DNA from: Acidobacteriota bacterium
GTDB lineage: Bacteria; Acidobacteriota; UBA890; WLXD01
Reading direction: 5' to 3'
DNA: 64,000 nucleotides
NCBI GenBank assembly: GCA_965248695.1
Contig: CBDFKD010000002.1
Span: forward strand, 1,760,001 to 1,824,000
The notes below the pieces were generated by a model. The model was not told where the DNA came from and ran no database searches. It was given only the letters and a program-made list of their open reading frames with translations. This document shows, in pieces, positions 46,335 through 55,954 of the stretch (position 1 is the stretch's first letter; each line of letters begins with the position of its first letter). Position numbers and translations under genes: made by a program.

Positions 46335-48506
46335 CTAGCGATTCTCGCCCGAAGTGACCACCTCGAGGAGGCGCTGCATTTGCGGTTGGTCTGGGTCGAT
46401 CTCGAGCGAGCGTGTCAGCAGCTCACGGGTGCGGTCGACGCGACCATCAGCGTAGTACTCGGAGGCCAGGGCGTTGAGCAGCTCCGGAGTCTCCTCTGCC
46501 CCGGAGATCCGCGCGCGCTCGTAGAAACGGATCGCGTCGTAGTGCTCCGCAAGCTGGGCGTTGACGTCCCCGAGCAACATCAGCAGCTCGCTGTTGTTGG
46601 GGTCGCTCGCCACCCGCGGAGTGAGCAAGGCGTTGAGCTCAGTGTATCGACCGGAGTCCCGGAGGAGCTCGATCTGCAGCTCCACCGCCGTTTCCAGGTC
46701 AGGCTCTCGCCGGAGGGCGTACGCCAGCTCCGATATCGCCTCATCGGTGCGGCCCACCGCACGGAGTTGCCGTGCTCTCGCAACACGCACGAGGGGGCTG
46801 GTAGCGGGCGGGCTGGGTAGGGAGTGGATATGAGGCCGCTTGTACGAATCGGCATTGACGACTCGAAGCGGTAGCGTCGAGCGCTCTTCGATGCCTTCAA
46901 CCTCGGTAACGACCGAGTAGGTCCCTACGGGTAGCTGCCGCAGACTGATCTCCGCGAAGTAGTTCAATACACCGTAGTCATCACGCTCGGATGGATTGAC
47001 TCGATCCACCTTCTCGACCAGCGTGCCACCGGCGGCTCCGAGGATTTCCGTGCGTACCACTACCGATGCGACTCGGTTCGGCGGCACGAACAGCTGACGG
47101 AAGACGGTCACTGTGCCGTCGACCGGAAAGTCGTTTTCGATCGCAGGAATGAGGCTGTAAGCGCCGACCTGGAACGCATACTGGGCGCTGAATGCATTGT
47201 AGGTATCAGGCGCTTGTGTCACCTGACGTACGAGTAATGGCTCACCGACGGTGAGCTGACCCCTGGGAACTTTGGGGTACTTGAGCCGGATCTCGGCGCG
47301 CCCGAACTCGCGGGTGAGGTTGTTCTCGACCATCACCCCGAGAGTGTGCTCGCCGCTGATGACCGGCAGCCGCTCCATGTATGCGACCGGCCCGTCGCGC
47401 AAACGGCGGGCAGTGTCGACGTCGATGTCGGCCTGCAAGGCGCGCGGCTCACGCTCGTGCACCAACCGCGATTGTTCGTCGCGGATGGTGCTACCTATCT
47501 CGAACGTGAAGTAGTAATTGTCTTCGTAGTTGTTGAGGTTGAGGCGGTCGCCCTGGGTGCGGAAGGCGTGGTGAACGAAGGGCAACCCCGAAGGGTCAAT
47601 GAGAACAACCGCAATGGCTCGTAGCGGCAGGGTCTCGAAGCGCACGTCGGATTCGGTGGTGCCGGTGAGCACGTTGTATGCCCACGTCGCCCTCGGCATT
47701 ATCTTGTCGGGGATCTCGAACACTTGCTGTAGCAACATCTCGGATCGCAACGGCGAAACTATTCCGCCGAGACTCTCCCCCGGCACCAGGCTGCGGGCGG
47801 CGCTGGCCAGTTCCGGATGGACGTCCCGCAACATTCGCAGCGCCAGGCTGTCCTCGGTCGATGCGATCCCGCCCTGGCCGCGGAAGCGGTCCGTAGAGCC
47901 GGAAAGGACCTGCGACTGAACCGCCGGGTTGAGCAGCTTGACGACGCCGTCCAGAGCCGGGCTCCACAATCGATAGGCGCCGAAGCCGCGTTCCTTGAAG
48001 AAGAGCAAATAGAAGAACGGCGTCGGTATGAGCCCTGGGTCGATGCTGTAGAACCAAACCTCGACCGGTACCGAGGCGTCCGTGTTGGGCAGCTGCGTGC
48101 GCCCCTGCGGCTTGCCCAACAGCATCCACATGCGACCCTGATCGGTCCGCCATCCCGGCCCCGGCGTATCCCGGCCGATATGCCTGTCAACGTACGCCAG
48201 GCGCTCGTAGTGCAGGTCGAAGTACTCGTTTCTTTTCGTGCCCGGGCTGGGATCCCGATTGGCCCAGAACTCGTCGATGAACCGGTCCCGGTGAGCCTCA
48301 CTATCGAGCCGCAGGAAGACCTCGCGCTCGTCCTTGGTGATGATCCAGACGACTTCCTCCTGCACCCACTTCCGATGCCCCTCACCGATGTCGTCAAGGT
48401 CGAATTTGGGGAACTCGCCGAGATCGACGCGTTGGGCGAGCACCGGCGGCGGGGTCGCCAGGACGGCTGCGAGCAGGAGTATGGGTACCGCGATGCAACG
48501 AGTCAT
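46335..48506 (-). CDS. GWxTD-domain protein with C-terminal TPRs
   Basis: EEVVWIIT..ER, FWANRDPSPGT, GWRTDQGRMWMLLGKP. Confidence 0.9.
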   Translation of the reverse strand: MTRCIAVPILLLAAVLATPPPVLAQRVDLGEFPKFDLDDIGEGHRKWVQEEVVWIITKDEREVFLRLDSEAHRDRFIDEFWANRDPSPGTKRNEYFDLHYERLAYVDRHIGRDTPGPGWRTDQGRMWMLLGKPQGRTQLPNTDASVPVEVWFYSIDPGLIPTPFFYLLFFKERGFGAYRLWSPALDGVVKLLNPAVQSQVLSGSTDRFRGQGGIASTEDSLALRMLRDVHPELASAARSLVPGESLGGIVSPLRSEMLLQQVFEIPDKIMPRATWAYNVLTGTTESDVRFETLPLRAIAVVLIDPSGLPFVHHAFRTQGDRLNLNNYEDNYYFTFEIGSTIRDEQSRLVHEREPRALQADIDVDTARRLRDGPVAYMERLPVISGEHTLGVMVENNLTREFGRAEIRLKYPKVPRGQLTVGEPLLVRQVTQAPDTYNAFSAQYAFQVGAYSLIPAIENDFPVDGTVTVFRQLFVPPNRVASVVVRTEILGAAGGTLVEKVDRVNPSERDDYGVLNYFAEISLRQLPVGTYSVVTEVEGIEERSTLPLRVVNADSYKRPHIHSLPSPPATSPLVRVARARQLRAVGRTDEAISELAYALRREPDLETAVELQIELLRDSGRYTELNALLTPRVASDPNNSELLMLLGDVNAQLAEHYDAIRFYERARISGAEETPELLNALASEYYADGRVDRTRELLTRSLEIDPDQPQMQRLLEVVTSGENR

Positions 48507-48666
48507 CAGAGGCCAGGCAGTTTGGGGTCAGGCACTACGAGGGTCAAGCGAATGAGAATTATACGCCCCAACACCGGGCTGGCGCCGGACAGAGCGCCAA
48601 TCGTGTGCGGGTCGAGCCCGGTCCCCCCTCGGTTGGGTGTGTGTTTGGACTGCTACGATGGCGCCG

Positions 48667-49167
48667 ATGAGCAACGATGAACTCACCCATTTGGACGATC
48701 AAGGTCGCGCTCAGATGGTCGACGTCGGCGGCAAGCCGACCACCGAGCGACGGGCCGCGGCGTCGGGTCGCCTGCTCATGTCGGCAGGCACGCTGGATCG
48801 AGTGCTCGCCGGAGAGATCCCAAAGGGGAACGTCGTCGAAGTAGCCCGCATCGCAGGAATCCAGGCGGCCAAGCGCACCGCCGAGCTGATTCCGCTTTGC
48901 CACCCGCTCCCGCTGTCCTACGTTGGGGTGGAAGTGGAGGCCAAAGCGGACGGGCTGCTCGTTACCGCCACGGCGGCCACCACCGCGCCCACCGGCGTGG
49001 AGATGGAGGCGCTGACCGCGGCCGCCGTTGCGCTCCTCACGCTGTACGACATGTGCAAAGCGATCGAGAAAGGCATGCGCGTCGTCGATCTTCGCCTGGA
49101 ACACAAGAGCGGTGGACGCAGCGGCACGTGGACGCGGCCGTCAGCAGGGAAAAGCGCTTCGCAGTAG
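48667..49167 (+). CDS. moaC: Cyclic pyranopterin monophosphate synthase
   Basis: LTHLD..GRAQMVDV, AAKRTAELIPLCHPL, TGVEMEAL, YDMCKA, KSGGRSG. Confidence 0.96.
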   Translation: MSNDELTHLDDQGRAQMVDVGGKPTTERRAAASGRLLMSAGTLDRVLAGEIPKGNVVEVARIAGIQAAKRTAELIPLCHPLPLSYVGVEVEAKADGLLVTATAATTAPTGVEMEALTAAAVALLTLYDMCKAIEKGMRVVDLRLEHKSGGRSGTWTRPSAGKSASQ

Positions 49168-49275
49168 CGGAAAAGAATTACCCACTGAGCCCGGGCAGAG
49201 TCTGAACGGAGGCGGCCAGCTGCGGACATCGACGGGCCTGCCCGAGCCTCCTGGGTGCCGGGCCTCGGTCCCCGG

Positions 49276-49292
49276 TTGGCACACACATTGCT
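49276..49292 (+). promoter_or_regulatory. Sigma54 (-24/-12) promoter upstream of the priming sugar transferase
   Basis: TTGGCACACACATTGCT matches TGGCAC-N5-TTGCW with exact GG-N10-GC spacing. Confidence 0.8.
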
Positions 49293-49343
49293 CCAACTCG
49301 GGGTAGCTCTGCATCTGTTGCTCGCAGCAGCCAGCCCCGAGGC

Positions 49344-50807
49344 ATGATGGTCCAGCTCTTCCAGCGCTACGTCCCCTACAGCAGCGTCGTCCATTTCCTG
49401 GTCCAGAGCCTGCTGTGCCTGACGGCGTTCACGTTCGTGATCCAGGTCGCCTGGTACACGCAATTCTACCCGACGCTGCCGTCGCTCACGGGCCTTCGCC
49501 TCGGACGCACCTTCACGACCGTGGCCACCCTCGTGGTCGTCTTCTACTTGACCGGGTACTTCGAGCGACGGAACCATCTGAGCACCGCAACCTTTGTTCC
49601 GCGCCTTGTCCAAGCGGTGCCACTGTCGGCCGCCACGCTGGCCTTGCTCTACACGTTCGTTCCTTCGGTTGCGCTGGGCTGGGAAGTCGCGGGAGCGGGG
49701 CTCGGCCTGATGGCCCTGATGATGGTCGCGTGGCACAACGTGGCCCCGAGCATCGTCAGCGAGGACAGTGCGCTCGCCCACCAGTTGGCGGATCGGATTG
49801 GCAAAGCGGCACCGTGGGGATTCCGTCTCATCGGCTATATACCGGTGGAGGATTCCGCCCCATCCGACACGCCACGGGCCGCCGTGGCAGCGCACGAATC
49901 GAGCAACGGCGCTGAGCCGGCGGCATCGGCTACCGACTCACGCGTGTTGCCGTTTCCGGTTCCGCTACGAATTGACGCGCCATCGCTGGGCCGACTCCAG
50001 GATCTCGACGAGATTCTCGAGCAGCGCGATGTCCATACCGTGGTCGTGGCACTGAACGACCGCCGTGGCAAGCTGCCGCTGGCGGCGCTGATCCACGCCA
50101 AGCTGCGCGGCGTCGCCGTGTTCGATGCCATCAAGTTCTACGAGCGGCTCACTGGGCGACTGCTGGTGTCGCGGATGCGACCCAGCACGATCATTTTCTC
50201 CGACGGCTTCGCCCCCAGCCGCCCCACCAGGGTGGCGAAACGCTGCCTGGACGTGACCGTGGCATTGGTTCTGCTGGCGATCAGCGCGCCGATCCAGCTG
50301 TTGGTAGCGCTTGCCGTGGCGCTGACCTCGCGCGGTCCGGTGCTGTTCCGACAGGAACGCACGGGCATCGCAGGGTTACCGTTCACGATCCTCAAGTTCA
50401 GGACAATGCACGTCGACGCCGAGCGCGACGGCGCCCGCTGGGCGAGCGAGAACGACGACCGCATCACCTCGATCGGAAGCTTCTTGCGCACCTCTCGACT
50501 CGATGAGCTGCCGCAGCTCTGGAACATCGTGATCGGCCAGATGAGCTTCGTGGGTCCGCGCCCGGAGCAGCCGGCGATCGTCAGGATGCTGCGGGATCGG
50601 ATCCCCTACTACGATCAGCGACACGTGATTCGACCCGGCCTGACGGGATGGGCGCAGGTCAAGTATTCGTACGGTGCCACCGTCGAAGAGACCGAGGAGA
50701 AGCTCGAGTTCGACCTCTACTACATCAAGCACAGCTCGACCGCCTTCGACATCTCGATCATGTTCGAGACCGTGCGCGTGATGCTGACCGGTAAGGGCGC
50801 ACGATGA
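49344..50807 (+). CDS. Polyprenyl glycosylphosphotransferase (priming GT, XrtA/PEP-CTERM EPS type)
   Basis: 4 N-terminal TMs; KRCLD, KFRTM, RLDELPQL, GPRPE, PGLTGWAQV, C-terminal GKGAR. Confidence 0.92.
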   Translation: MMVQLFQRYVPYSSVVHFLVQSLLCLTAFTFVIQVAWYTQFYPTLPSLTGLRLGRTFTTVATLVVVFYLTGYFERRNHLSTATFVPRLVQAVPLSAATLALLYTFVPSVALGWEVAGAGLGLMALMMVAWHNVAPSIVSEDSALAHQLADRIGKAAPWGFRLIGYIPVEDSAPSDTPRAAVAAHESSNGAEPAASATDSRVLPFPVPLRIDAPSLGRLQDLDEILEQRDVHTVVVALNDRRGKLPLAALIHAKLRGVAVFDAIKFYERLTGRLLVSRMRPSTIIFSDGFAPSRPTRVAKRCLDVTVALVLLAISAPIQLLVALAVALTSRGPVLFRQERTGIAGLPFTILKFRTMHVDAERDGARWASENDDRITSIGSFLRTSRLDELPQLWNIVIGQMSFVGPRPEQPAIVRMLRDRIPYYDQRHVIRPGLTGWAQVKYSYGATVEETEEKLEFDLYYIKHSSTAFDISIMFETVRVMLTGKGAR

Positions 50808-51706
50808 GGCCGACGGCGCACGCCAACTTGCTGACCGTCGATGTGGAGGACTACTTCCACGCCACCGGATTGGGCGGCACGGAAACGCGGCACCTCTGGC
50901 ACACGCTTCCCGGGCGCGTCGAGTACAACACCCGCCGCCTGCTGCGCGTACTCGACCGGCACGGTGTTCGAGCTACGTTCTTCGTCCTCGGATGGGTCGC
51001 CAAGCGTTACCCGGCGCTCGTGCAGGAGATCCACACCACAGGGCACGAGATCGCGTCCCATGGCTGGGGCCACGAGCTTGTCTACCGGATGACGCCGGAG
51101 CAGTTCGAGCAGGATGTGGTGCGAGCCAAGCACACACTCGAGGACCTGATCGGCACCGAGGTGCTGGGTTACCGCGCTCCGAGCTTCAGCATCGTCGAGG
51201 CAAGTTGGTGGGCGCTCGACATCCTCGCAGCCAGCGGCTACCGCTACGACTCCAGCGTCTATCCGATCCGGCGCCAGCGCTACGGCGTGCCGACGGCGCC
51301 GCGCGAGATCCACCCAGTCGTGGACGCCGCCGCCGAGCACGACGGGCTCATCGAGGTACCACCACCGGCGGTGCGGCTGTTCGGACGCAACCTGCCAGTC
51401 GCGGGTGGCGGCTATCTACGTGCCTATCCCATGTGGCTCACCGAATGGGCAATCCGACGCATCAATGGTGTCGAGCAGCGACCCGCAGTCGTCTATCTGC
51501 ACCCCTGGGAGCTCGATCCGGACCAGCCCTTGATGGCCGCAACTCCGGTCAACCGCTTCCGGCACAACATCGGGCTCGGACGCAGCGAGGCGCGCCTGGA
51601 TCGCCTGCTGAAGGCCTTCGCGTTCATTTCCGTCGACGAGTTCTTGCGACTCGATCGCCGCCGCACAGCGGCCGACGTGGCGATCGCTGAAGCGGCATCA
51701 GCTTGA
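50804..51706 (+). CDS. XrtA-system polysaccharide deacetylase
   Basis: TVDVEDYF, ATFFVLGW, GYRAPSFS, YDSS, GGGYLR, YLHPWELDP. Confidence 0.92.
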   Translation: MRPTAHANLLTVDVEDYFHATGLGGTETRHLWHTLPGRVEYNTRRLLRVLDRHGVRATFFVLGWVAKRYPALVQEIHTTGHEIASHGWGHELVYRMTPEQFEQDVVRAKHTLEDLIGTEVLGYRAPSFSIVEASWWALDILAASGYRYDSSVYPIRRQRYGVPTAPREIHPVVDAAAEHDGLIEVPPPAVRLFGRNLPVAGGGYLRAYPMWLTEWAIRRINGVEQRPAVVYLHPWELDPDQPLMAATPVNRFRHNIGLGRSEARLDRLLKAFAFISVDEFLRLDRRRTAADVAIAEAASA

Positions 51707-51756
51707 GCTAGGCGCGCCGGTCAGGGCGCCTCCCGACATCTGTCTGCTAGCTGGCG

Positions 51757-52905
51757 CTACCTGCTTGCCAGCCGCCGCACATCGCGCATTCCTCGCCACA
51801 CCCGCCCGACTGCGTTCTTCCCGATGCCGTCGAAGCTGATCATCTCGCCGGCATCGTTGGATAGGTGGCGCTTGAAGTCGTAGTCACCGGCCATCAAGTC
51901 AAGCCGCCGCAGACCTCGCCCGGCGGCCATGTCCACCGCATGCAGAAGGATCAGGTTCCCGGGCGAGAGCTTCGATGAGGCTCGTGGATCGATGGCCGAG
52001 AGGTAATAGTACAGGGTGTCACCGGCTTCGATGTCGTAGTGCAGCGCGATCCAGCGATCCTCGTGCTTGAGGCCGAAGACCCAGAGGCGGTCCCGGGCAG
52101 CATAGTGGCGGATCATCGCCCGGTGGAATTCCCGGAACGAGGCGCTCGAACACGCGCCCGGCTCACCGCGGGCCTCCCAGTGAGACTGATGGAGCTGCAC
52201 CAGTTGGTCGAACATGCGCAGCGCTTCAGCGGCGGTTCGCGCCGCCACGACCCCGACTCCCGCTTGCTCGCCGCGACGCAGCCAGCGACGAAAACGCGCC
52301 CGACGACTGCTGGAATCGAGCCCGCCGAGGTAGTCGGCGAGCGGCGAGACGTTGACGACGCTGTTGTGGTGCTTGATAAGCGAGGACTCCAGCAGCAGCG
52401 GAGCAAGAAGCTTCTGCAGCTCGATCGCCGGCAGGGTGTCCGGACCCATGTACTGCAAGACGATCCGGTCCCAGGAATGGCGGTGCCGTCTCAGCGCCCG
52501 CGCCACCGCGTCGGTCACCATCGGGACGACTCGCTCACTGGCGAGCCAACCAAGGTTCTCGCCGCAAACTTCCTCGATCTCGGGCTCGCCGGTGCCGATG
52601 AAATGCACCGTTCGGAGCAAACCGCGCAGGCCCCGATCACGGCGACGTATGTACAACGGCGCCAAACCGACGAGCTTGCCTTCCTCGTGTACCCCGACAA
52701 CGAAAACATCTCCAAGGTGGCCCTGACGGGCCCACCATTCGCGAACCCACTCGATCTCCAGCATCGGCGACCGGCGATGTTGCTCCGCCCATAGCCGCGC
52801 CCAATCGATCGACAGAGAATCGATTGCCGAAGCATCCTGGAGGACAACGTAGGTCGCTCCGCCCGGCAGGCGATGATGGGTCAGGTCGGTTCTTGCCGCT
52901 GTCAT
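51757..52905 (-). CDS. GNAT N-acetyltransferase (CelD/BcsL-like)
   Basis: LVGLAPL, LSPGNLIL, LDLMAGDYDFK. Confidence 0.82.
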   Translation of the reverse strand: MTAARTDLTHHRLPGGATYVVLQDASAIDSLSIDWARLWAEQHRRSPMLEIEWVREWWARQGHLGDVFVVGVHEEGKLVGLAPLYIRRRDRGLRGLLRTVHFIGTGEPEIEEVCGENLGWLASERVVPMVTDAVARALRRHRHSWDRIVLQYMGPDTLPAIELQKLLAPLLLESSLIKHHNSVVNVSPLADYLGGLDSSSRRARFRRWLRRGEQAGVGVVAARTAAEALRMFDQLVQLHQSHWEARGEPGACSSASFREFHRAMIRHYAARDRLWVFGLKHEDRWIALHYDIEAGDTLYYYLSAIDPRASSKLSPGNLILLHAVDMAAGRGLRRLDLMAGDYDFKRHLSNDAGEMISFDGIGKNAVGRVWRGMRDVRRLASR

Positions 52906-52914
52906 CCCACCACC

Positions 52915-54654
52915 TCAGCCGTAGGTGCCGGTAGGGGCCGATCCACGATGCTTCCATGAACCGGCGTCGAGGGATGCAATGAGCGCCTCCAGCATCCCCA
53001 TCGCTGCGCGGCGATCGTGGGTCGAGCTCATGTCATACGTAAGTCGGCGTGCCAGAGCGTGCACCGGCAGCATCGCCACCATGGCGTCCATCAACGCCGG
53101 GTCGAGCCGGAGCTGGGCCACGTAGTTTTCGAGCAGGGCCGACTCCCACGGCGTCCAGGCGCCGCTCAGCGTTACCTCGGAGAAGACCTGGCCGAATCCT
53201 TCGCCGCGGCGCAGCATGTGGTTGTAGGTCAGCAAGTAGAGGGGATCGATCAGCGGCAGGCCGCGGAGCTGCGACAGCTCCCAGTCGATCACGCCTGTCG
53301 GTCGACGCGTGGCCCGATCGACGACCACGTTCTCGATCTTGAAGTCGCCGTGCACCCAGACCGTGGGTATCGAGGTTCCCATGAGCATGGTTCGCACGTG
53401 CGCCTCTATGCGTTCCAGCATGGCTCGCGCCCGTTGGTGCCGCTGCACCGCCTCATGGAAGAAGCTCCCGCAAAGATCGTCCCACGCCGCCTCGTCCATC
53501 CGAAGATCTGCCCGACTGTGGCGATGCAGGTCAACGAGGAAGTCCGCGGCGGCGGTGCACACCGGCTCCAGGTCACGCACCGGCGCGTCGATGCAGAGGC
53601 CGCGCAACTCCTCGATGACAACGAACGAGGTGTCGAGGAACTCTCCGGTACCGAGCCATCGCGGCACACGCATGCGGAGTGCGTCTGGGAGGCGACGAGC
53701 CTGCTTCAGGATGAGTGCCTCGTGGCGACGCTGACGCGCGCCAGCCTCGGTGCGCGGCACGACCACGACGCGGTCGCCGTGCGCCCCGCTGTCTCCGCCC
53801 AGAGAAAGGATGATCTTGTCGGCCAGCACCACGTAACGCTTGACGGCGGACGGCGAGCTGACCCCATCGACTTGCTCGTCACAGTGTTCGACCAGGGCCT
53901 CGAAGAGGCTGGCGCGCGAATCTCCTTTGAACGCCAGCACGCCGTACTCCGGAGCACACACACGACTCCCCAGGCGGCCCAACAGCAGTTCGCGAAGCTG
54001 TTCTGCGTAACCACCCACATCGGTGAACGACCGATATCCCGATGGCATCAGTACCTGCACCACCTGGCGGTCGTTCCAGGTGAGCAACGGGAAGACGCGC
54101 CCGTGACGATAGCCGGCGCGGCGTACCAGCCGTCCCAGCGGGGCCGCCCCGGCCGTACACAAAGTGCTGTCGGGTCGGTCGTCACCCGACCACATTCCGT
54201 TGTACGCCAGCACGTTGGCGGCTGACGCGAAGATGAAGCCGTCGTCCGTCAAGGCGCCGTGCGCGTCACGCAGGATAGCCTTCAGCTGGCGCCTCGGGAC
54301 TGGCGCCGGAGGGTCACCTGCGCGGCCGCTTGCGCCCCCCACCGTCATCACCAGACCGTCCAACGGCTCAGAGCCCGGGCACCATTCGCCGACTGGCTCC
54401 ACGATCCTGACATTGGTACAGCCAGCCGCCTCCACCTGCGCCCGGATATCGGCCGCGGCCGCGGACACGAGCGGCACGGCAACAACCTCATGGCACAGGT
54501 TGGACAGCGCCAGCGTAGTACGCGCCGCGGCACCGTCAACGCACGCAACACGGCCGTGGGTACCGACCGGCAACAGGTACTTCCAGCCATCGTGGCTACG
54601 AGCGTGATACAGCCGCGAGGTGGTACCAGGTGAGCGCGCGCTATCGGATTGCAC
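52915..54654 (-). CDS. APH/choline-kinase-like phosphotransferase with degenerate methyltransferase-like N-terminus
   Basis: VHGDFKIENV and IDWE motifs; N-terminal LRDAHGALTDDGFI resembles SAM-MT motif III. Confidence 0.72.
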   Translation of the reverse strand: MQSDSARSPGTTSRLYHARSHDGWKYLLPVGTHGRVACVDGAAARTTLALSNLCHEVVAVPLVSAAAADIRAQVEAAGCTNVRIVEPVGEWCPGSEPLDGLVMTVGGASGRAGDPPAPVPRRQLKAILRDAHGALTDDGFIFASAANVLAYNGMWSGDDRPDSTLCTAGAAPLGRLVRRAGYRHGRVFPLLTWNDRQVVQVLMPSGYRSFTDVGGYAEQLRELLLGRLGSRVCAPEYGVLAFKGDSRASLFEALVEHCDEQVDGVSSPSAVKRYVVLADKIILSLGGDSGAHGDRVVVVPRTEAGARQRRHEALILKQARRLPDALRMRVPRWLGTGEFLDTSFVVIEELRGLCIDAPVRDLEPVCTAAADFLVDLHRHSRADLRMDEAAWDDLCGSFFHEAVQRHQRARAMLERIEAHVRTMLMGTSIPTVWVHGDFKIENVVVDRATRRPTGVIDWELSQLRGLPLIDPLYLLTYNHMLRRGEGFGQVFSEVTLSGAWTPWESALLENYVAQLRLDPALMDAMVAMLPVHALARRLTYDMSSTHDRRAAMGMLEALIASLDAGSWKHRGSAPTGTYG

Positions 54655-54701
54655 TTGAATTCATTCTCCGCAGAAAAATCGCTATCTGTCGACTGAGCCA
54701 A

Positions 54702-55952
54702 TCAGTAGTAGAGGGCCGCGAAGATCTTCACGGCGAGAAGGAACCCCACAACAGCAAGACCGACGACGAACGCCTCGCGGCGGCCGAGCCCCACCGGTTC
54801 CTCGAGCTGGTTGCCGACGGCGGCGGTCATGCCGATCATGAAGTAAAGGGTCTCGTACTCGAGGGTGACGAACATCGCGCTCACCAGGTAACCCGCCAGA
54901 CTGATAGCCAGAGCAATGGTGTAGGAGCGATCGACCGGGTCTTCGCTCTGACGGTGGAACACGCGCAGCGTCTTGAACGAGATGAACAGGAGCGCCACCC
55001 AGAGGAAGATGCCCGGCAATCCGGTCTCGCCCGCCAGCTCGAGGGCAGAATTGTGCGCAATAAGACGGCCGGTGTACGCCTCGTAGTGGCCGCGACCGAT
55101 CCCGAAGACCGGGTAGTAACGCACCATCTCGACGCCCTGCATCCACATGTCGACCCGGTGCTGGGCCGATCGATTCTCGTCGTACATCTTCGTCATGTAG
55201 GCGGGGGCGGCGACGAAGAGGCTGAAGAGCAGTACCCCGACCACGATCAGCTTGGTCATGGAAACCCGCGTCCGCGCGCCGTAGTGCATTCCCAGGACCG
55301 CCAGCGTGGCGAGAAAGCCACCGCGGCTCCCGGTGTAGTAGATCGCCAGCATCAGTGGGCCGAGGAGGCCCATCGCCAGCAGACGCCAACCGAACGCGAA
55401 CGGCTTGCCGAGATACTGCAGGACGAACGGAAGCGCGAGCGTGAACACCACGCAGAAGACGCCAGGTCCGTCGAAGATGCTTACCCACCGTGTGCGCCCG
55501 GGAACGCCGGTCTCGAGCGCCTCGGCGGAGATCCAGCCGAGCTCTTGCCCCGCCCAGCCCGTCAGCGTGGGGCTGTTCATGTGCTGTATCGACTCCGCCG
55601 CAAGTACGGCAGCGAACAGGATCAACAGCACGCCGGCGCGACGAACGTGGCTCATGCTGGGCAGGCTGGCGCTGACCAGTTTGTAGAGCACCAGCCACTT
55701 GGCGTACATGTACAGGTACCAGTAGTCGATGCCCGAGCTGGCGTTGGCATAGGCCGAGACGAACACCCAGGTCACGAACATCGCCAGCAGCGCGTCCTGC
55801 GCCGTGAACTTGAGCAAGTGTCGGCCGCGTCCGGTGACCAGCAGCGCTGCCAACCAGATCGGATACAGAATGTAGTCCACCGGCAGCCCGACGAGGGGCG
55901 CCACCCAGTCCTGAGGCGCGATCATCAGCAGGGTGAGGTAGGTAGTGATCAT
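54702..55952 (-). CDS. O-antigen ligase / Wzy_C family polymerase
   Basis: Multi-TM; TGSRGGF, PVFGIG, AHNSALELAGETG. Confidence 0.88.
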   Translation of the reverse strand: MITTYLTLLMIAPQDWVAPLVGLPVDYILYPIWLAALLVTGRGRHLLKFTAQDALLAMFVTWVFVSAYANASSGIDYWYLYMYAKWLVLYKLVSASLPSMSHVRRAGVLLILFAAVLAAESIQHMNSPTLTGWAGQELGWISAEALETGVPGRTRWVSIFDGPGVFCVVFTLALPFVLQYLGKPFAFGWRLLAMGLLGPLMLAIYYTGSRGGFLATLAVLGMHYGARTRVSMTKLIVVGVLLFSLFVAAPAYMTKMYDENRSAQHRVDMWMQGVEMVRYYPVFGIGRGHYEAYTGRLIAHNSALELAGETGLPGIFLWVALLFISFKTLRVFHRQSEDPVDRSYTIALAISLAGYLVSAMFVTLEYETLYFMIGMTAAVGNQLEEPVGLGRREAFVVGLAVVGFLLAVKIFAALYY

Positions 55953-55954
55953 CG

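Noticed and set aside
48558-48563. Perfect TATAAT on the minus strand upstream of the GWxTD gene
   Set aside because: No matching -35 or TG extension; not enough to call a promoter
51742-51750. CTAGCAGAC (minus strand) between convergent genes
   Set aside because: 9-nt match only; no GTGGTGAAAG core
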